Part shown: in pieces, positions 19,434 through 27,900 of the stretch
How the letters are laid out: each line of letters starts with the position of its first letter
Numbering within the stretch: position 1 is the first letter of the stretch
Source: a virus
Taxonomy: Duplodnaviria; Caudoviricetes
Length of the DNA stretch: 30,758 nt
Direction: 5' to 3' (one strand)
Virus record (IMG/VR): IMGVR_UViG_3300006737_000110
Location: 1 to 30,758 of that record
Position numbers and translations under genes: made by a program
Notes under the pieces: generated by a model
Databases searched by the model: none
Told to the model about the DNA's origin: nothing
The model's input: only the letters and a program-made list of their open reading frames with translations

Positions 19434-21740
19434 ATGGGACACAGTTCAACTACAAATTACACGGTATCCGAAGTACAAATAACTAACGTAGCGTCAGGAG
19501 CAAGTCTTCCTAACGCCGCAAAGCTATATATATCGCCTAACCCTGGTTTTGTAGTTGGGGCAAATGATTTTACTATAGATATTGTTCCAGGAGTAACGTC
19601 TCCTGAAGTTACTATGGTTACGTTTGGAGATTACGATAGTAACGAACCAAACCCAAGTGTAGCTAGAACTACAGGGGTTCCTCATACTACCGGTAATATA
19701 GTAGAGGTGTTCGTTTACTTAGACCAACAAGCTGTCGTTACTGGTAACTTAGATTTAACAGTAGATATTGACGGTCAAGCTAGGCGTGCTTCTAATAAAT
19801 CTATAAACATTTGTTTAACGAACCAAGTACAGGCAGAGGCTCAGTGTCCAAGTAATTACTGGCCCAAAACAGGCTCTCCTATATCACCAGGTGTTCAAAG
19901 TATACCTGGAGGCCTTGAGTGCTTATCTTGCTTCATGGACGTTGCTGACGAACCTTTGTTAACAACAACTTCTTTAGCTAACAACACTACTTGGACTAGC
20001 CCATTAAACGGCGTTGGAGGATACACTGTTACACCGGGAGCAGATACAGCTACCGTTAGCCAAAGTCAAGCAACAATAGATTCTGGAGTAGTAACAACGT
20101 TGTTTAAGAAAACTTTTTGGACTGGTCCTCAGAAGAGTTTTGAAGTAGTTCCTTTTTACGTGTTAAATCAGGCCGCATCTAACTCAGGTGGTTATATAAT
20201 AGAAGAAACCGCTACAGATTACAATGTAGATAAAACTTTAACAGCTCCTACAAACTCTAGTAACGTTATAGAGTGTGACACTACAGATATAATACCAGGT
20301 ATGCAAGTAACAGGTACTTCTCTTATTAGTTGTGCTTACGATCCATTGCAAAATCCTAGTCCAACCAACGCTACGCTATGTTGGCCTTTTTGGGGAGCTG
20401 ACATAAGGGTGACAGAAGTAGATCATGCTAATTCTAAAGTATACATGTCTGAATCTAACACCTTGTCTACAGGAGATGTTTTAAATTTTTCTTCTGTTCA
20501 TATAACTAACTTCGGGGGTCCAAGCGGGCTAGTAGCTAGAAGATGCGTGGCTAAAGAATTTACTGTTAAGTTTATAGGATCTAACGATATTTCTTGTGGT
20601 CAACATATTATTGATTGGGCACAAATGAGTGGCACGACACCTATGACCGTGACTTCTCAACCTAAAATAACACAGGTTACGTTAAGTTCAGATGAGTATC
20701 TAGGCGACAGAGGAGGATCTAGAACGCTAACTGTTCAAGGTTCGAAATCAGCCGCTACTTTTTCCGTAACAATAACTAGAAGTAGTGACTTAAAGACTTA
20801 CGATTTTGAAAACGGTGAGTTTAGCGCTAAGAACAACGCTTTAAGAGATCAAACTATAGATTCCACTGGTTATTACAAAACCTTGTTTAACATCCCGCTT
20901 TCTTCACGAGACGTCTCGTACGACATAGTGGTAACGCCAACTACAAATGAAATATCATATTTAGCTACTACAGTAGAAGAAAACGTAACTACCTCTTTCA
21001 CTATTTATCAGTACGTTAACAAAACTTTAACGCTTACTTCAGATGCGACAGACTCTAGTTTAACGCTAGCTAGTGGATTAACAAATATAACTTCTGTAGC
21101 TAGAGGTGGTATAAAAACAACAAGAAAAATACCAACTTGGACCGGCAATATAACAAAAGCAGATGGATCTGTTATATATATAAATAGACAGCCCTTACGC
21201 GCTACTGAAGATGACTACGGTGACTTTGAGTTTAATACAACGTCAACAACTGACGGTAACACGAACAACACGCAGATTACATTAAGTCCTACTATATCTG
21301 GTAGTGGTACCGCTACTTTAACAGCTACAATAACGGGTAATATAACACAGCATCCTACGGCTAATACAACTATACTTTTTGATATTGATAACTTTATCAC
21401 CGTAAAGCCTTCTGTTCCTTCTGCTGACCCAGAGAACAGTGGTATAGTTCTATACGTCGATCGAGACATTGGTTTTTTAGACTTGGACATTAGATCTATC
21501 GACAAAGACACTAATAAAGCTAGCAAGACTCTTTCTACAGTTGAACCACCAGAACATGGGACTTTATCTGCTTACGGTGCTTCTGGTAGCGCTTGGGACA
21601 ATGGTAGAATAAGATACACAGTAAACGAAGGATACGTTATGGAAAGAGGTGGAACAGACTCTTTCGTATACAAAGCCACGGTTGGAGGAGTTGATAGTGA
21701 CGAAGCAGGATATGGAACAATAACAGTACAATACAGATAA
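19434..21740 (+). CDS. Thr/Ser-rich virion appendage protein with C-terminal Ig-like (Big_9/cadherin-like) domain
   Basis: Beta-rich T/S/V composition. C-terminal PPEHGTLS...IRYTVNEGY...GTDSFVYKAT...GTITVQ matches the Big_9 pattern. Confidence 0.65.
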   Translation: MGHSSTTNYTVSEVQITNVASGASLPNAAKLYISPNPGFVVGANDFTIDIVPGVTSPEVTMVTFGDYDSNEPNPSVARTTGVPHTTGNIVEVFVYLDQQAVVTGNLDLTVDIDGQARRASNKSINICLTNQVQAEAQCPSNYWPKTGSPISPGVQSIPGGLECLSCFMDVADEPLLTTTSLANNTTWTSPLNGVGGYTVTPGADTATVSQSQATIDSGVVTTLFKKTFWTGPQKSFEVVPFYVLNQAASNSGGYIIEETATDYNVDKTLTAPTNSSNVIECDTTDIIPGMQVTGTSLISCAYDPLQNPSPTNATLCWPFWGADIRVTEVDHANSKVYMSESNTLSTGDVLNFSSVHITNFGGPSGLVARRCVAKEFTVKFIGSNDISCGQHIIDWAQMSGTTPMTVTSQPKITQVTLSSDEYLGDRGGSRTLTVQGSKSAATFSVTITRSSDLKTYDFENGEFSAKNNALRDQTIDSTGYYKTLFNIPLSSRDVSYDIVVTPTTNEISYLATTVEENVTTSFTIYQYVNKTLTLTSDATDSSLTLASGLTNITSVARGGIKTTRKIPTWTGNITKADGSVIYINRQPLRATEDDYGDFEFNTTSTTDGNTNNTQITLSPTISGSGTATLTATITGNITQHPTANTTILFDIDNFITVKPSVPSADPENSGIVLYVDRDIGFLDLDIRSIDKDTNKASKTLSTVEPPEHGTLSAYGASGSAWDNGRIRYTVNEGYVMERGGTDSFVYKATVGGVDSDEAGYGTITVQYR

Positions 21741-21741
21741 T

Positions 21742-22095
21742 ATGCCAACAATAACTTTAAATTTTTCAGGAGTAGTACAGTCTTCAGTTCAAATAAACGA
21801 CATAGCGTATTATGTTGACACTAGTCAATTAGGTGGTTTTGACACGGGTGATAGTTCGAATATAGTAAGAATTGGTTCTGTGATTTCCGTGGGAGTGAAC
21901 AATATAGTTTGCAATATAGACTCGTCGACAGCGCCACCTTCGACTTCTGATTTTATAATGTTCAGCAAGGATAACTCTGCCAACATGTCTAGTCTTTTAG
22001 GGTATTTCGCTAAAATAAAATTAGTTAATGACGACCCTAATGAAGCTGGAGAGTTGTTTTCTGTATCGGCCAACTACTTTGAAAGTAGTAAATAA
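21742..22095 (+). CDS. Small beta-rich putative tail protein
   Basis: 117 aa containing SVQINDIAYY, FIMFSKDN, SSLLGYFAKIKLVND and ELFSVSANYFESSK. Ends the tail gene cluster. Confidence 0.6.
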   Translation: MPTITLNFSGVVQSSVQINDIAYYVDTSQLGGFDTGDSSNIVRIGSVISVGVNNIVCNIDSSTAPPSTSDFIMFSKDNSANMSSLLGYFAKIKLVNDDPNEAGELFSVSANYFESSK

Positions 22096-22140
22096 ACACT
22101 AAAAACTGTGACTATATTGATATAAATTTAATTTAGTCGT

Positions 22141-22746
22141 ATGGAAATGAAAGATATAAATGATCAGATAAATAAAAACCCACTAACAAAAGAAGAGTCA
22201 AGAAAACAATTTGTAGAAATGACGGAAAAGCTAGATATAAAACATAGTTTTACGTTTGAAGAGGCTTGGGAAGCTGGTGAGATAATTAGAAGAAAACAAG
22301 ATTATAGAGACAAAATTGTTGAATTTGAGAATCAGTTAAAAAATATAGAAGGAGCTTTAACTGGAGAAGAATTAGAAAAACTTAACCCAGTAAAACATTC
22401 TTTTGCTGATGGTTGTTACGTTAGAGAAATATTTAACCCAGCTGACGAATTAATAATCACTAAAATACATAAAAAAACACATCCGTACTTTTTAGTCGAA
22501 GGAGAGATGTCTATTTTAACTGAAGACGGTGTTGTTAATTTAAAAGCACCTCATAACGGTATAACTCTTGCTGGCACTAAAAGAGTTATATATACACATA
22601 CGGATTGCAGGTTTATAACGGTCCACGTTACAGATAGTACAGATTTAAAAGATATAGAAAACGAAGTAATAGCTAAAGATTTTACCGACAAAGAAATATC
22701 TTTAGAAACTGTTGAGTTGTTAAAAAATAAAGGAAATTTAAAATAA
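22141..22746 (+). CDS. Cupin-fold (RmlC-like double-stranded beta helix) protein with N-terminal helical extension
   Basis: HSFADGCYVREIFNPADELIITKIHKKTHPYFLVEGEMSILTE...APHNGITLAGTKRVIYTHTDCRFITVH fits the spacing of cupin motifs 1 and 2. Confidence 0.65.
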   Translation: MEMKDINDQINKNPLTKEESRKQFVEMTEKLDIKHSFTFEEAWEAGEIIRRKQDYRDKIVEFENQLKNIEGALTGEELEKLNPVKHSFADGCYVREIFNPADELIITKIHKKTHPYFLVEGEMSILTEDGVVNLKAPHNGITLAGTKRVIYTHTDCRFITVHVTDSTDLKDIENEVIAKDFTDKEISLETVELLKNKGNLK

Positions 22747-22752
22747 ATAATT

Positions 22753-23424
22753 ATGAGTTGGATAATGGTAGGTATGGCCGCGGCTTCTGGAATTACAAAA
22801 ATTGTAGCAGCAAACCAAGGTAGAAAAGCTAGAATAGAAGAACAAAGGCAAGCTAACAACGAATTAGCTAGGCGTAAAGTAGATTTAGAAGGAGCTGACG
22901 TTAGTAATCCTTATGCTAATATGGAAAATGCTTTTGAAGATCTAACTGTGAACACCCAACAAGCAGAATTTGAGGCACAGCAAAATCAACAAAACCAAGC
23001 CAACATATTACAAAGTATGCAAGGGTCGGCTGGAGGAAGTGGAGTTGCTGGTTTAGCGCAAGCAATGGCAAACCAAGGTTCTCAACAAGCGGCTAGGGCG
23101 TCAGCTTCTATTGGTCAACAAGAAGCAGCGAACCAGCAATTAGCAGCTAAAGAAGCGTCTAAAATACAGAGTAAAGAAAGATACGGTAGAATGTTAGAAC
23201 AAGATAGGTCTTTAGATAAAACAGAAACTATGATGGGATTAGCTCAAAGAAGAAAAATTGGAGCTGATGACGCTAGACAAAGAGCTAGAGACCAAGTTTC
23301 CGAAGGTATAAGCGATATAGGAGCTGGAATAACTTCTGCTTTTACTATGAAAGGAGGTGTTGGTAAAAGTGGCTTCAAAATGCATGGACCTACTTTTTAC
23401 AAGAACATGAAAAAAAATAAGTAA
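22753..23424 (+). CDS. Putative internal virion / ejection (pilot) protein
   Basis: Hydrophobic Gly/Ala N-terminus (MSWIMVGMAAASG), Q/A-rich coiled coil and a GSAGGSGVAGLAQ segment, typical of the first podovirus ejection gene. Confidence 0.65.
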   Translation: MSWIMVGMAAASGITKIVAANQGRKARIEEQRQANNELARRKVDLEGADVSNPYANMENAFEDLTVNTQQAEFEAQQNQQNQANILQSMQGSAGGSGVAGLAQAMANQGSQQAARASASIGQQEAANQQLAAKEASKIQSKERYGRMLEQDRSLDKTETMMGLAQRRKIGADDARQRARDQVSEGISDIGAGITSAFTMKGGVGKSGFKMHGPTFYKNMKKNK

Positions 23425-23425
23425 T

Positions 23426-24955
23426 ATGGCCAAAAAAAATAATAGTTCCGCACTAAAAGTAAACGAAGCTTTAATAAGACAGTCTGCCGAAACGTATAAG
23501 TATTCCGGTGGGGCTGGTAGTACTATGGTAGATCCTATTGATTGGGGAGGAGCCGTAGAAGACGTTGCTAAGGTTATAATGGGCGAAAGAATGAAACAAG
23601 AAGAAGAGGAAAAGCCAAGCGATAACAACACTACTAAAAAACCAGAAAAGAAAGAAAATAAAGTACCAAGTAAAGAGCCAAGGCGAGTTATAATGGACAG
23701 TGAAAGCTCTAAGTTTATTATTAATCCAGACTGGGTTCTTTGGAATGAAATATATGGAGACGGAAAGAAAAAAAGCGCTTTACCACAAAGAGAAAAAGGT
23801 AAAAAAATTACATCACAAGAACCTTTGGAAATTGGGCCTCCTTACTCTGATAGTTATTTAAGAAGTAGAGGTATGGACCCAAAGATGTATAGACGATTAG
23901 TCGCAGAGCAAAAGAAAGAAAAACCTGTTTCTCCGCGTAAGAAAAAAGGAACTGCTTTTAAAAAATACTCTGCTTTAAAGTCAAGAACGCGAGAAAGCTA
24001 TATACCTACTTCTAGCCCTATGCAGCAGAGGAGGCAGGTTGGAGATTTGCCATACGTGAGACAAGGGGCGGTAGGAAGCACTATATATGATACTTGGGGC
24101 TCTTTGCCAGAGGAAAAGCTAAATGATATGAAAAAAAATCATGTAGCAAACTCTACTTTTGGCTCTGCGTCAACTAATCAAATTGATGTTTTAAAAAACC
24201 CTAAGCACAAGGCAACTGTTAGGAACTATTTAAAAAAAGCAAAAGAAAATATGATTAACGCACTCAACGATGGTCAAATAGAGTTTAAAGATCAGTGGAT
24301 GGATAACGTTAAAAATTTAGTTGGTAATTTAGGATCGATGAATACTAAGTATGGAGGATGGGTAGACATGAATAAGTCTAGTCAATTTGAAAAATCAAGC
24401 TTTAATAATTTAATATCAAAAGGAAGCCACAAGGGAGATCAACGTAAGTACGATTTGACATATATGGGATCTGATAAAATAAACATGAGTATATCAGAAG
24501 AGGGAGACATGTATTTTAAAGCAGATGGTATAGAGGATGTTTGGACGGTTAAAGATTTAGATAGAAATGTTTTTGCTAAAAACTTCCAAGGATACAAAGT
24601 GTGGGATAGTTTCATAGAAGATATGAAAAAAACAAACAAAGAAGGAGGTAAGATTTCTGAGGGAGCTTTGGAAGCTGTTATTGAAGGCGTAACCGAAGGT
24701 AAAGAAAGTTTACTTTCTTGGTTTTACGACTTTGGATTATTTGATAAATTAGAAAAACAAGCTGAAGAAAATGGCGTTATGATGGACTTAGATCAAATTA
24801 TGCCTGAAAGCGAAAGATTCAATATAGACCTTATAGAAGATCTAGTTAAAAACGGATTAGTCAACATGGCTAAAGAAAGAATTGGAATGGAAACTTCTAA
24901 GTTTACAAGCCAAGGTTTGTCTGCTGGTGACTTAATAAACAAATATAGAAAATAA
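23426..24955 (+). CDS. Putative internal virion / ejection protein 2
   Basis: 509 aa with a basic low-complexity N-terminal third and a helical acidic C-terminal part. Sits between the pilot-like gene and the giant ORF. Confidence 0.55.
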   Translation: MAKKNNSSALKVNEALIRQSAETYKYSGGAGSTMVDPIDWGGAVEDVAKVIMGERMKQEEEEKPSDNNTTKKPEKKENKVPSKEPRRVIMDSESSKFIINPDWVLWNEIYGDGKKKSALPQREKGKKITSQEPLEIGPPYSDSYLRSRGMDPKMYRRLVAEQKKEKPVSPRKKKGTAFKKYSALKSRTRESYIPTSSPMQQRRQVGDLPYVRQGAVGSTIYDTWGSLPEEKLNDMKKNHVANSTFGSASTNQIDVLKNPKHKATVRNYLKKAKENMINALNDGQIEFKDQWMDNVKNLVGNLGSMNTKYGGWVDMNKSSQFEKSSFNNLISKGSHKGDQRKYDLTYMGSDKINMSISEEGDMYFKADGIEDVWTVKDLDRNVFAKNFQGYKVWDSFIEDMKKTNKEGGKISEGALEAVIEGVTEGKESLLSWFYDFGLFDKLEKQAEENGVMMDLDQIMPESERFNIDLIEDLVKNGLVNMAKERIGMETSKFTSQGLSAGDLINKYRK

Positions 24956-24963
24956 AATTTAAT

Positions 24964-27900
24964 ATGGCTTTAGAAGAAATAGTACAATCTATGATAGAAG
25001 ATGGTAGATCAGAAGAGGAAATAGCTTCTGTTATATCTGAGCACGATAATATCGAAAAAATCGATAATAACAAAGTGTTCAAATCTCCTTCTGAAGACAT
25101 AGACGAAGTTGAAACAGTAGAGCCAAAAACTAAAACTGAAGTGCCTGCTTTAGAAGAACCGGCGATGGAGACTGATGTTGAGGAGATTAAAGTAACCGAC
25201 TTAACTAAAGAAAACGAAACAAAGAAACGTAGATTTAAAGATAAAGTAAAATCTATATTAGGACCAATGAACGTGTCAACAGAACTACAAGACAATGTGG
25301 TACGTTTAAAAGAGTTATACAACAATATTGATATAGACGCAATTACAGAGTCCTCTAAGAAAACAACCGCAGATTCGTACTTTCAGATAAATCAAATTAA
25401 AAGAAGACAAGGTTTTGACCTATCCCATTTGTCAGATGAGTTTTTAGAAGAAGAAGGTCTTGAAAGACAAATACCTTTTAAAAAGGCGTTTTTTGATTAT
25501 TATAAAAACGAGCAGGGCTATACTAAGAAAGATATTAAAAAACTTTGGAAGGAGTACGAGCAGTACGAAAAAACAGACACTTTACCAGACAATGATTTTG
25601 TAAACAACGAAATCATGGAGCGTGTTAATAAAGAAAAAGGAAGGGTTACAGGTGAGTTTTTTAAAGATTTAAACAAATTTGAAATATCTGAAGTAGAAAA
25701 ATATTTGAGAGAGGTTGAAAACAAAGCAGATATTGAAGTGTCTTACAACCCGTTGATACCTGAAGAAGAAGGTGGTGATGGTCAGTTCGAATCTATAGTA
25801 ACTAACATAGAATCTAGAATCACGCAGCTTCAAAATCAGTACGATATCTCTGAAGAAAAAGGTTTTGGTCAAGTAAATACCAAGATGAAGGGTGATATAA
25901 AGGAAGAATTAGATGGGCTTAAACAAGAATTAGAATTATTTAAAAACAAACAGTTTAGAGATTTAAAATTAATCCCACAAATATTTGAGGCTACTAATTA
26001 CGGTGGAGACGCGATAGGAAATATAAACAACGGTAGAAGTAATCAAGAAACATATATATACAACGTTGATTTCCCGGAGGTAGAAGTAAATGATAAACAA
26101 ATTGTTATAACTCCTGCACAGGCTAATTTAAATTTAGTAAAAGATATATTTTCTCAAACAATAGACACTGACTCTAAAATGCTGGAAAAGATGGGTGAGA
26201 CTTATTGGACAGATACCATAGAGAATTTTGAAAAATACGCAGAGGAGCAAGGTTACGAAATTTGGAATGGAACTGATGTAGATCTGGAAGACAGCGACTT
26301 ACTTAGAGGGAGCGATAAATACTACGGAGAATTAATAAAGTTTATAGGAGAGGACAAAACTAAGGCTTATAAAAATTATTTAAATTGGGTTGCTAAAAAA
26401 TCTCAAGTAGATGGTTATGTTGATCCTCAAGGCTGGATGAAGCTTAGTACTTTTGACATAAACGAAGACCATACTCCAACTAATTGGTTCGGTATTGAGG
26501 ACTTTCAAAGGAAATACAACACGCAAATGGTACATTTGTTTAACGAGAAATTAACGCCTACAGAGATATTAGATTACCAAAAATCTATGTACAATGTTAC
26601 TGGTTTTAATTTGTACAACGAATGGGAGCAAGAAAGAATAAAAGATGAGGATACCTATAGAAAACTAACAGGTAAGCATCTTCTGCAACCTACGACTTAT
26701 AAAGGTGTATATTATGAGCCTAGAATAAACATGAACCCTGAGAGCAGAAAAAGTGTAGAGGCTGACTTGAGAGCTAGACATAGTTTTTACAAGCCGTTTG
26801 CCGAGCTTAGTTCTTATGATATTAATCGTGTTACTAATTACACCACTAGAAAGCTCAACAAGCATATCAAGGATGCGTTTAAGAGAATAGAGCAGATTGA
26901 AAAAGCCGCAGAAAAAGAAATGGAAAAGTATTTGTCTAGTGTTCCAAAGGAGCTGACAGATAGACTAGGAGAGTTAATGGACATGTTAGCTTCTTATCCA
27001 ACCACGCCAACCACTAAAGAGGATATAAGAAAATATAACGACATTATACTGGAAGCTCAAGCTATAGATGAGGCTATGGAAGAAACTGGTATTAATGATT
27101 TACACAAAAGACTAAAATATTTAAAAAACTTACTAGAAGTTGAAATAGAAACTTTAGTAGAAATATGTGAAATAACAGACAAACAAGAACCTATACGTAG
27201 AATCGCTGGTACTAATTATAACGACTGGGATCTAGCGATACACAACATCGAGAAAGGTATTTTATATCCTTTAGGTATGCTAGTTAGAGACGTCTTGCTT
27301 CTTGATAGAACACAACAAATAACTAAGCACAACAACCTAGGAACGCGAGTGGATATTAATGGTAACTTAGTCCACGCTTTTAGGCCTAGCAACACTTTTA
27401 ACGTAGATTTTGATAACACTACCTTTAGAGGATCGTTTTTTAGTAATTTGTTTACGTGGGATACTAGAATACAAGGTAGACTTTTTGCTGACGCCGCGCC
27501 CACGCTATCTATTATATCGTTCAGCGCGTTAACTGGCGGTACTACTGCTAGTTGGCTTATTCCATTTTTTGCTACAGGATATGGAAATGAAGTTTTTAAA
27601 CTAGAAAACAGGAGGAATGAAGCAAAAAAATATATTGACTTTTATAAAGCTGCTTATAATTTAGCAGAGACAGAGGAAGATAAGTTCTACTATGGAAACT
27701 TGATGAATGAAGCTGATAGAATGAGCAATCTGTCAGAGTTTGATATTTACGCATCGGGAATCTACAAGGGCCTCACAGAGGTGTTAACGGAGTATACTCT
27801 TGGATATGGTTTCTTTTTAAGACGTTTACGTAGATTTAACAACAGAAGATTAGCTGGAGGAGCTGGTCTTGGTAATCTAGTTTCTCTCAATGTTGTTAAC

